From Eubacteriales bacterium (GTDB lineage: Bacteria > Bacillota > Clostridia > Oscillospirales > CAG-272), in NCBI GenBank assembly GCA_045660185.1, contig JAZRDI010000058.1, forward strand, positions 8,385 to 72,384: a DNA stretch of 64,000 bases, in the 5' to 3' direction. The position numbers and the translations under genes are program-made. The notes under the pieces are model-generated. The model saw nothing but the letters and a program-made list of their open reading frames with translations. It searched no databases and was not told the DNA's origin. Positions 1-7,992 of this stretch are shown piece after piece; position 1 is the first letter of the stretch, and each line of letters starts with the position of its first letter.

Positions 1-231
1 AAGGCTTATAGCGACAACAGAGATAAGAACAAGTTTGGTGTTCTTCCAAAGCTCTGCCTTGGGAGTCCAAACAACCTTATTCATTTCGCCCTTTGTGTCC
101 TTGCAGAGCTTAACGAACTTTTTCCAAGTACGTTTGAAGAAGTTATCCTTAACAGCAACCTTCTTTTCCTTTGCAGGGGTAGCTGCTACTTCTTCTGTCT
201 GAACGTTTTCTTTATTCATTTCGTTTGACAT
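1..231 (-). CDS. secE: Preprotein translocase subunit SecE (3' end runs off the window)
   Basis: Manual translation MSNEMNKENVQ...KDTKGEMNKVVWTPKAELWKNTKLVLISVVAISL contains the SecE E-x-x-K-V-x-W motif followed by a TM segment; lies directly downstream of rpmG. Confidence 0.9.
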   Translation of the reverse strand, partial: MSNEMNKENVQTEEVAATPAKEKKVAVKDNFFKRTWKKFVKLCKDTKGEMNKVVWTPKAELWKNTKLVLISVVAISL

Positions 232-252
232 AATAAAACAATCCTCTCTAAA

Positions 253-402
253 TTACTTTGTTTCTTTGTGCAAAGTATGTTTGCGGCAGAAACGGCAGAA
301 CTTGTTCATTTCAAGTCTGTCTGGATCATTTTTCTTGTTTTTCTTTGTGTCATAATTTCTTTGCTTGCACTCTGTGCATGCCAATGTGATTTTGACTCTC
401 AT
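253..402 (-). CDS. rpmG: 50S ribosomal protein L33 (Zn-ribbon type)
   Basis: Manual translation [59 protein letters not shown]. Confidence 0.97.
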   Translation of the reverse strand: MRVKITLACTECKQRNYDTKKNKKNDPDRLEMNKFCRFCRKHTLHKETK

Positions 403-523
403 TATTTTCGGCACCTCCTAATAGAATTCGGGAAAACCCGTAAAAATACCTCCCTCAATGGCGGAGAACGCGCAAGTCCCAGAAAATTAGCGCGTAAAAA
501 AAGCCTCCGACAGAGGTAGAATA

Positions 524-552
524 ATTATAACACATATTTCGACCGTTGTCAA
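524..552 (-). promoter_or_regulatory. Consensus sigma-A promoter of rpmG-secE
   Basis: TTGACA-17nt-TATAAT on the minus strand. Confidence 0.85.
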
Positions 553-606
553 GGGCTTTTTAAAATATTTTTTAGATTTATTTTAATTATATTATTTACG
601 TAATAA

Positions 607-702
607 TTATTTATGTATCAAAACAACGCACGCACATGGCAAGCTCATACGCGTTGTAAAGATAATAGGAAGAAAAAGCACAAGGTAACCGCAAGATCGC
701 AT
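607..702 (-). CDS. Possible 31-aa hydrophobic peptide downstream of the HTH-TPR regulator
   Basis: MRSCGYLVLFLPIIFTTRMSLPCACVVLIHK; ATG is 4 nt after the regulator stop codon; no clear SD. Confidence 0.2.
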   Translation of the reverse strand: MRSCGYLVLFLPIIFTTRMSLPCACVVLIHK

Positions 703-706
703 TTTT

Positions 707-1555
707 TCAGCAGTTAAAGGCGTTAAGCAGATTAAATCTTTTAGCGGAATAGCGATAAGCTTTCTCAAAATCTCCGAGCTGCTTATAAGCACTTTCAAGA
801 TCGGTGTAAACTCCAAAGAAAACGAATGCGTTATAGCCTTCGCTTTTTGTTTCTTCAATTTCGCATAAAAGCTTGACCGCTTCGGCAAAACGATATTTTT
901 TCATAAGCGCCTTTGCTTCAACGTGCATTTTGAAAATATGGTTTGTAAAAGGGAAGTCATAATCCGACGTGAGATATTTATACACCTCGTAGTCAAAAGC
1001 ACCGAAGCGTTTGCTTTCGTAATCAGCGATGTCAAGCTCCAAAAGCGGAGATTGTACGTTCGAAGCTATTGCAAGATACAGAGGTGCTGCCGCTTCTACG
1101 TAAGACGTATCATACGCTGTGCTTTTCGATTTTTCAAGAGCTATTCTCAAATATTTTTGAGCCTCGGTGAAGGAGCCGTTTTTCGTGAGCGTTTTTGCGT
1201 GATAGAAGGCGGAGTAGGCGTATATATAATCCGTTTCGTAATTGCTTTCTTTGATTTTTTTAAGCTCCGCCAGGCAATCGCGATACGCGCCATTTGCGTA
1301 AAGATTTCGAAGCTCGGTTATCTGCGAAGCGGTATCACCTATCGGCTTTTCATCAATTCCGAGCAGTAGATAAGAAAGAGAAAGGTTAAGCTTATCCGCA
1401 AGGTATTCAGCAGTTTCAAGCGATGGTAATGCGCTTCCGGATTCTATGAGGCTTAACATATTTCGCGTCATATATCCGTCTGTAAGTTGCTTTTGAGTAA
1501 GCCCGAGCGAAAGCCTTGCACTCTTTATTCTGTTTCCAATTTCTGTTTTGTTCAT
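707..1555 (-). CDS. XRE-family HTH transcriptional regulator with C-terminal TPR-like helical repeats (RRNPP-like architecture)
   Basis: N-terminal IGNRIKSARLSLGLTQKQL...LSLIESGSALPS; C-terminal repeats such as YTDLESAYKQLGDFEKAYRY. Confidence 0.8.
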   Translation of the reverse strand: MNKTEIGNRIKSARLSLGLTQKQLTDGYMTRNMLSLIESGSALPSLETAEYLADKLNLSLSYLLLGIDEKPIGDTASQITELRNLYANGAYRDCLAELKKIKESNYETDYIYAYSAFYHAKTLTKNGSFTEAQKYLRIALEKSKSTAYDTSYVEAAAPLYLAIASNVQSPLLELDIADYESKRFGAFDYEVYKYLTSDYDFPFTNHIFKMHVEAKALMKKYRFAEAVKLLCEIEETKSEGYNAFVFFGVYTDLESAYKQLGDFEKAYRYSAKRFNLLNAFNC

Positions 1556-1597
1556 AGTGCCTCTTTTGTAATAAACGATATTTAAAACACGGCAGAA

Positions 1598-2617
1598 TTA
1601 TTGCTTTTTGATTTTTAAATCCGCGAGTGGATTGCTGTTTACGGCATCTTGAATGTTTTTACTTACAACGTGCGTGTATATTTGTGTTGTGTTCAGCTGC
1701 TCGTGACCAAGCACATCTTTGAGAATGCGTATATCAACCTCGCCAGATTGATACATGAGTGTTGCTGCGGTGTGGCGAAGCTTATGTACCGAGAGCTTTT
1801 TGAATCCGAATCCGGCAAGCTCAAGGTACTTATGCACCATCCACTGTATCGTTTTGTTTGAAATTCTTTGTTCGCGCGAGCTTAAGAAAAATGCCTTGTC
1901 CGACGTTCTTATGTACTTTGAATCCAAACGCACCTTGAGATAGTCGCCAATAGCTCTTCGCGCAAAATCGTTTAGGTATAGAACCCTCTCCTTGTTTCCT
2001 TTACCAAGCACCGTTACTCGCGAAAGATCGGGCGCGAAGCTATTAAGGTCAAGTCCGACAAGCTCCGAAAGACGCATACCTGTGTTAAGAAACAGAGCTA
2101 CTATTGCAAAGTCACGTACCGCCGTGGGAGATGCTTTATCGTTTTTTATGGTTTTCAAAAGCGTGTAGCTTTCCTCATAGGTAAGATATTTGGGAAGAGT
2201 TTTCGCAGGTTTTGGAGAATCAATATCAATCGCGGGATTTTCGGTGAGATAGTGTTTTTTATTGCAAAGAACGTGATAAAGAGAACGTATCGCGCTTGCT
2301 TTTCTCATACGAGTAGTTGAACTGTTCGTTCTTTCCGTGCGTATGAAAACAAGGTATTCTATAATGTCTTGCTGTTGAATGTCGGCAATATCGTCGAGAG
2401 TAAGATCAGAAATTGAAACCTTTCCGAAATCCTCTTTGTTTGGAATTATACCTTCCTTTTTGCATTTGACGTATCTGAAAAATGTTCTCAAGTCAAGAAG
2501 ATATTCGCAAACCGTTTTCTCGGAATTGCCCTTGATAGCAATTAAATATGAAGCGTATTCACGAAGAATCGGGGGGAATGTTTTGTATTCCTCGCCGTTG
2601 TAAGTTAAAACTGCCAT
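1598..2617 (-). CDS. xerC: Tyrosine recombinase, XerC/XerD family
   Basis: Catalytic motifs TGMRLSEL, GKGNKER, HKLRH, LGH...TTQIY; start taken at MAVLTY after GGGAG RBS; no mobile-element cargo nearby. Confidence 0.85.
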   Translation of the reverse strand: MAVLTYNGEEYKTFPPILREYASYLIAIKGNSEKTVCEYLLDLRTFFRYVKCKKEGIIPNKEDFGKVSISDLTLDDIADIQQQDIIEYLVFIRTERTNSSTTRMRKASAIRSLYHVLCNKKHYLTENPAIDIDSPKPAKTLPKYLTYEESYTLLKTIKNDKASPTAVRDFAIVALFLNTGMRLSELVGLDLNSFAPDLSRVTVLGKGNKERVLYLNDFARRAIGDYLKVRLDSKYIRTSDKAFFLSSREQRISNKTIQWMVHKYLELAGFGFKKLSVHKLRHTAATLMYQSGEVDIRILKDVLGHEQLNTTQIYTHVVSKNIQDAVNSNPLADLKIKKQ

Positions 2618-2786
2618 AATAATCTCCCAAAAAGTTTTTACACTTATATTATACAAAATTTTTCGCCGATTTAGTGGATAAAATGTAAACATTTTGTTTT
2701 TGCTATTGTATTTTTCTTCTTTTATGGTAGAATTATAGTATCTTATGCGATAAAATTTTCGATATTATAGTTGAAAAGAGGGTAGT

Positions 2787-3374
2787 ATGCGTTTCTTTCG
2801 TGAAAATTCGGACATCATAGTTAAGTTATATATAAACCAAATAGGAGTAGCGATATTCGCTATGTTCTTATATACCGCCGCTGCGGCAATTGACGTTGAC
2901 GGTGTTACATCGCTTTTCATTAAGGTTGGAATATCCGTATTTTCTACAATTTTTTACTTCGCGCTCTTATACACGGTTGCGTGGGAGGTTGGCGCGAAGG
3001 ATAAAATAAGAATCGATGCCGGCAGAATGGAAGAAAAGAAAATAAAGGGACTTAAGCTTGGCTTGTTTGCCAATTCACCTAATTTCGTCTTCGTTGGCTT
3101 GGCACTTGTTCTCTTCGTTATTTATATGGCTTCGGGACTTGAAGCTCTTTATACGATTTTCGGAATCCTTAACGGCTTGTTTAGAATATTCGTTTCTATG
3201 TATTTGGGAATGATTCAGGGATTGACTAACGCCTTGGGCGGAAATCTTGACCTCACCGTTGAAACGATTCTCTATATTGCATTTTCCGCGGTAGCGGCAT
3301 TCATCACGTATCTTTCGTATCTTATGGGACTTAAGGATAAGAGATTATTCCCGACAACTCCAAACAAGAAGTAA
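2787..3374 (+). CDS. Integral membrane protein of unknown function (about 5 TM segments)
   Basis: 195-aa hydrophobic ORF with GAGGG RBS. Confidence 0.75.
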   Translation: MRFFRENSDIIVKLYINQIGVAIFAMFLYTAAAAIDVDGVTSLFIKVGISVFSTIFYFALLYTVAWEVGAKDKIRIDAGRMEEKKIKGLKLGLFANSPNFVFVGLALVLFVIYMASGLEALYTIFGILNGLFRIFVSMYLGMIQGLTNALGGNLDLTVETILYIAFSAVAAFITYLSYLMGLKDKRLFPTTPNKK

Positions 3375-3380
3375 TAATAT

Positions 3381-3425
3381 AAAAAGCACCTCCATATATT
3401 TGAGTTAAAGTCGGAGGTGCTTTTT
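3381..3425 (+). terminator. Hairpin plus U-tract that overlaps the cwlD RBS
   Basis: Perfect 13-bp inverted repeat AAAAAGCACCTCC / GGAGGTGCTTTTT. Confidence 0.6.
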
Positions 3426-3427
3426 GT

Positions 3428-4153
3428 ATGTTTGAGAAGGATAGACGGAGTATATACGCGGTAATTGCATATGCCGTATGCATAGCATTCATTTACAGTG
3501 TTTGCTTTTTCGAGCTTGGTATCAGCGCGTCGAGGGGTGAATACGTAGATGTGTTCGTCGAAAAAACTAAAAAAACGATAGTGATAGATGCAGGGCATGG
3601 CGGTGAGGATTCGGGCGCTATTGGTTTTGGCAACGTTTACGAAAAGGATTTAAACCTTGAAATCGCTTTTAAGCTCGGTGAATACTTAACGTCGTCGGGA
3701 TATGAGGTTGTATATACGCGAACCGAAGATAAGCTTCTATATACCGAGGAGCAGAATATAAAAGGAATGCGAAAAATAAACGATTTAAAAAACCGCATAG
3801 CCATTGCAAACTCGTATGATGATGCTATACTGGTGAGCATACATATGAATTCCTACGGAGCTGCGCAGTGTTCAGGTTTGCAAGTGTATTACGGTGTTGG
3901 AAATGAGAATGCGCATAGCTTGGCGAATGCGGTTCAAGGCGAGGTTGTAAGCCGTTTGCAGTCAACGAATAAAAGAAAAACAAAAAGCGGCGAAGGGATA
4001 TATATTCTTGAAAATTCACAGAACCCCGCCATACTTATAGAATGCGGATTTTTGACTAATCCTGAGGAATGTAAAAAACTTTCTGAAAAAGAATACCAAA
4101 AAGAATTGAGTTTTGCAATACTTTGTGGTATTATATTATATGGTGAAAAATAG
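3428..4153 (+). CDS. cwlD: N-acetylmuramoyl-L-alanine amidase (Amidase_3), CwlD-like
   Basis: N-terminal TM anchor; IVIDAGHGG, EKDLNL, SIHMN and IECGFLTN Zn-amidase motifs; sigma-E-like CATATATT upstream. Confidence 0.8.
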   Translation: MFEKDRRSIYAVIAYAVCIAFIYSVCFFELGISASRGEYVDVFVEKTKKTIVIDAGHGGEDSGAIGFGNVYEKDLNLEIAFKLGEYLTSSGYEVVYTRTEDKLLYTEEQNIKGMRKINDLKNRIAIANSYDDAILVSIHMNSYGAAQCSGLQVYYGVGNENAHSLANAVQGEVVSRLQSTNKRKTKSGEGIYILENSQNPAILIECGFLTNPEECKKLSEKEYQKELSFAILCGIILYGEK

Positions 4154-4181
4154 TATCAGCTAAAAAAGCGGAGGACGTCTT

Positions 4182-5561
4182 ATGAAGGGCGCAAAAATCA
4201 TCTTTGTTTGCAGTGAATGCGGAGCAACATCTCCAAAGTGGCTTGGAAAATGTCCGGAGTGTTCCTCATGGAATACATTCGAAGAAATAGAAGTAAATGA
4301 AAAACGCAGTAATTCTACAAATAGTTTAAATAATGCTATAAAAAACAAGGCAGAAAAGTTCTCTGAACTCGAAATGCCAGAATATATAAGAACAAAAACA
4401 GGTATGCAAGAGCTTGACCGTGTTCTTGGCGGAGGGCTTGTTGATAGCTCGGCGGTACTTCTTTCGGGTGAGCCCGGAATAGGAAAATCGACCTTGCTTT
4501 TGCAGATTTGCCGAGAGCTTTCACTTACAAGAAAGGTGCTTTACGTTTCGGGTGAGGAATCGAAAGGTCAGCTAAAGCTTCGCGCGGAAAGACTCGAAAT
4601 CAACGGAGATTCCATATATCTTTTAACCGAAACCGACCTTGACTCGATTATCTCCGAGTGCGAAAGATTAAAGCCCGACGTTATAATTATGGACTCTGTG
4701 CAAACCATTTCTTCGTCAAATCTAACGAGCGCCCCCGGTAGCATAACGCAAGTAAAGGAAGCATCGCTAACGCTTATCAATTATGCAAAATCATCGGGCG
4801 CGGCGGTCTTTTTAGTCGGTCACGTTAACAAAGAGGGCGGAATATCCGGTCCTAAGCTCCTTGAGCATATGGTTGATGCCGTGCTTTATTTTGAGGGCGA
4901 GAGAACGAATTCATACAGAATAATCAGAGCCATAAAGAACAGATTCGGTTCTACTAACGAAATCGGAGTTTTTGAAATGGGAGATAAGGGACTTGTGGAA
5001 ATTCCCAATCCGAGTGAAGTTGTAATGGCTGAACGCCCGAAAAACACCAGTGGCTCGTGCGCAGGATGCGTAATGCAAGGAACACGCCCCATCATTACCG
5101 AGATACAGTCGCTCGTCACCAAAACCGTTTTTCCAACAGGGAAACGCGCAGCAGACGGATTTGACCATAACAGAATGGGACTTCTTATAGCAGTTCTTGA
5201 GAAGCGTATGGGACTCAAATTCTACGAGAATGACGTTTACGTTAACGTCGCAGGAGGCTTAAGACTTGACGAGCCGAGCGCAGATTTATCAATTGCAATG
5301 GCTCTTATCAGCGGAATAACCGATAGAATTATACCCGATGAGCTTATAGCTTTCGGTGAAATCGGACTTTCGGGAGAGGTTCGTGCGGTTTCTCATATTG
5401 ATTACAGAGTTAAGGAAGCCGTAAGACTCGGATTTACCAAAATAGTTTTACCAAAGAAGAACATAACGAGCGCGCTTCAAGTTCCAAATAACGTAGAACT
5501 CATCGGAGTTACAAATATATATCAAGCTTTGGCTTGTATGAAAATGAAAAAGGCCGATTGA
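4182..5561 (+). CDS. radA: DNA repair protein RadA/Sms
   Basis: CSECG...CPEC Zn finger, GEPGIGKST Walker A, KNRFG motif, Lon-like C-terminus. Confidence 0.97.
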   Translation: MKGAKIIFVCSECGATSPKWLGKCPECSSWNTFEEIEVNEKRSNSTNSLNNAIKNKAEKFSELEMPEYIRTKTGMQELDRVLGGGLVDSSAVLLSGEPGIGKSTLLLQICRELSLTRKVLYVSGEESKGQLKLRAERLEINGDSIYLLTETDLDSIISECERLKPDVIIMDSVQTISSSNLTSAPGSITQVKEASLTLINYAKSSGAAVFLVGHVNKEGGISGPKLLEHMVDAVLYFEGERTNSYRIIRAIKNRFGSTNEIGVFEMGDKGLVEIPNPSEVVMAERPKNTSGSCAGCVMQGTRPIITEIQSLVTKTVFPTGKRAADGFDHNRMGLLIAVLEKRMGLKFYENDVYVNVAGGLRLDEPSADLSIAMALISGITDRIIPDELIAFGEIGLSGEVRAVSHIDYRVKEAVRLGFTKIVLPKKNITSALQVPNNVELIGVTNIYQALACMKMKKAD

Positions 5562-5578
5562 TTTTCGGCAAATAATTT

Positions 5579-5635
5579 AAAGCGGGTAAAGCCGTTGACT
5601 GTCTTTTTGAGAAGTCTGAGCTTTGCCCGCTTTTT
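5579..5635. terminator. Bidirectional terminator between convergent radA and ABC permease
   Basis: AAAGCGGGTAAAGC ... GCTTTGCCCGCTTTTT inverted repeat. Confidence 0.6.
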
Positions 5636-5663
5636 ATTATGTTAAGTTTGGTATCTTTGAGGT

Positions 5664-6566
5664 TTAAGAAGATTTTGCAGGCTTTTTTGCCGCGTTCATA
5701 AAGACATAAACACCTATGAGTATGGCTATTGAGCTCAAAAGAATTGCAACCATAACCGGAATGGTGACCTGTTTATCGAAAAAGTAAACGTTACAGTCTA
5801 CGGCATCTTTGAAGCTATCGGTAACGAAGCTTGGAATTCCGTCATTTTCCATTGCAGCGAAAACACCGCGCATCGAATGATTTCGAATAAGAGAAGTAGC
5901 ATATGTACCGGGCAGAAAAGCAACTATCTTTTGAAGAGTGCTGCCAAATGAGGAAATAGGCATATATGCGCCGCAAATAAATCCGTATCCGCTGCTTATA
6001 ATACTTCCTACCGCTGAAATTTGTCCTTGAGTCGATAAGAAGAAATTGATTATCGAAGAAAGTGCAGTACCAAACAGACTGATAACGAAAACGTCTATAA
6101 GGAACATTATTACGTCACTTACAGTCATATACCATCCAACGATTGCAATATATATGAAACAGAGCGCGGTAGCCGCATAACAAATCATAAGAGTTGAAAT
6201 AAGACTTGCTATGTAATAAGACAAAGCAAGTGATGACGGCTTAACGGGTGACATATTAATGTCTTTGTACGTTCCCGTGGCTTTATCCTGAACCATTAAG
6301 AAATTCGAGCAGAACGCTACGGTTATGCAAGAAACAGCCAAAAGGGAAGAGATGAGCTGACCTCCAACCAAACCTTCGATTAACTTTTCGTCAATTGTCA
6401 ATTCGGCAGGAACACTGCTCATAAAGCTATCTTTGTACACGTTGCTCAAAAACGTGGAATAAAGAACCAAAAGGATAAAAGGCGTAATTAGCGATGTAAA
6501 AAGCATACCCTTATCATTAAAGAATAGCTTTACGTTTCTTTTTGTCAGTTGAATTGTAGTTTTCAT
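5664..6566 (-). CDS. ABC-2 type exporter permease
   Basis: Multiple TM segments; overlaps the ATPase stop (ATGA). Confidence 0.85.
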   Translation of the reverse strand: MKTTIQLTKRNVKLFFNDKGMLFTSLITPFILLVLYSTFLSNVYKDSFMSSVPAELTIDEKLIEGLVGGQLISSLLAVSCITVAFCSNFLMVQDKATGTYKDINMSPVKPSSLALSYYIASLISTLMICYAATALCFIYIAIVGWYMTVSDVIMFLIDVFVISLFGTALSSIINFFLSTQGQISAVGSIISSGYGFICGAYMPISSFGSTLQKIVAFLPGTYATSLIRNHSMRGVFAAMENDGIPSFVTDSFKDAVDCNVYFFDKQVTIPVMVAILLSSIAILIGVYVFMNAAKKPAKSS

Positions 6567-7492
6567 TGAACCTTATCTGCCTCCGTTGCATTTTCAGTAA
6601 GCGCTTTTCCCGTTACCGCGAGAAAAACGTCATCCATCTTACCTTTCGTAACCTCAAAATCAACGAATAAATCGGGATGCTTTGCTATAAGCTTTGCGGC
6701 ATCCTTTGTGCTTCGAACGGAGAATTTATAAGCATCTCTGATTTTTTCGTAAGGTACGCCAAGCATTGCTGCCTCGTCTTCACTTATTCCGTATATCGTA
6801 ACGTAATCTGCAGTATATGCGTTTTTAAGCTCTAAAGGAGTACCTTTAGCTGATATTTCGCCATTGTTTAAAATTACAACGTAATCCGCATCTGCGGCTT
6901 CTTCCATATAATGAGTTGTAAGGAAAACTGTAAGATTTTTCTCTTTTCTGAGATTTGAAATAACGTTCCAAAGCGTTTTTCTCGTTTGAGGATCGAGTCC
7001 GGTTGTGGGCTCGTCGAGAATCAGAATTTTAGGATCGTGAAGCAAAGCGCGCGCAATGTCTATTCTTCTTCTCTGACCTCCGGAAAGTTTACCTACTTTA
7101 CGATTAAGCAAATCCTCAAAATAGAGTATTTTCGAAAGATGCGATAGCTTTTTTTCAAAATCATTATTAAAAATTCCGTAAAGCGCTGCTCGGCTTTTTA
7201 GGTTATCGTAAACGCTTAGCGCAGAATCAAGAACTGAATTTTGAAATACAACGCCGAGCTTTACCTTTGCTTCTGCGGTGTTTTTATCCGTGCTTTTTCC
7301 GTCTATGACAACGCTTCCGGAATCCTTCGAAAGTTGAGCACAAATTATATTGATTGTAGTAGATTTTCCGGCTCCGTTTGCACCCAAAAAAGCAAAAAGC
7401 TCACCTTCTTTTACAACGAAGGACAAATCCTTGACCGCATGAACGTCACCGAAGCTTTTGTTTAGGCATTCTACCTCGATTATATTTTTCAT
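6563..7492 (-). CDS. ABC exporter ATP-binding protein
   Basis: GANGAGKST, LSGGQ, ILDEPTTGLD; start at MKNIIEV. Confidence 0.92.
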   Translation of the reverse strand: MKNIIEVECLNKSFGDVHAVKDLSFVVKEGELFAFLGANGAGKSTTINIICAQLSKDSGSVVIDGKSTDKNTAEAKVKLGVVFQNSVLDSALSVYDNLKSRAALYGIFNNDFEKKLSHLSKILYFEDLLNRKVGKLSGGQRRRIDIARALLHDPKILILDEPTTGLDPQTRKTLWNVISNLRKEKNLTVFLTTHYMEEAADADYVVILNNGEISAKGTPLELKNAYTADYVTIYGISEDEAAMLGVPYEKIRDAYKFSVRSTKDAAKLIAKHPDLFVDFEVTKGKMDDVFLAVTGKALTENATEADKVQ

Positions 7493-7992
7493 TTTTTCCC
7501 CTTTAACATTCGTTAAATCAAATCTATAGATTCTCATATGGTATCACAATAAAAACAAAAAGTCAAGTGCTTTTTGCTAATGTTGGATTTAACGTTGGGA
7601 TTGAAGTATTTAGAATTTTAGGTGAGCTTTTTGTTGTATTTAAGCTTTGACGTCGGCATTGTTAAAATCTGTTTACCGCGTAAGCTTTTGTTTAGAAAAA
7701 TAGAAACAAATGCTTCATATTGGTTTGCTTTATTGAAGAAAAGAGTGAAAATACATCAAATGTTTAAAGTGCGAAAAATGTTTGACTGCTTCTATGATTG
7801 GTTTAGAAAATGCAATTAAATACCTCTAATTTAAACAGTTTGTGCAATATAAATAAAAACTACACTTTAATTTCTACACCAAATAGCTATTTACTTCAAA
7901 AATAATTGTTGCAATTGAAAATAAAATAGTGTATAATACATAGTATGTGATGCATAATTCATCATAAAGCACTAAGCAAAGGAGACTCAATA

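Noticed and set aside
268..519. 83-aa plus-strand ORF
   Set aside because: Antisense to rpmG and its leader
1598..2617. Tyrosine recombinase as a prophage/ICE integrase
   Set aside because: No adjacent tRNA/att site, excisionase, phage or conjugation genes; the flanks are core genes
5620..5647. dif-like XerD arm TTATGTTAAGT
   Set aside because: No plausible partner arm 6 nt upstream; it is the tail of a terminator
7622..7819. 65-aa ORF in the ABC / EF-G intergenic region
   Set aside because: GTG start without a clear SD, AT-rich, no motif; I saw no convincing repeats or structure in this spacer
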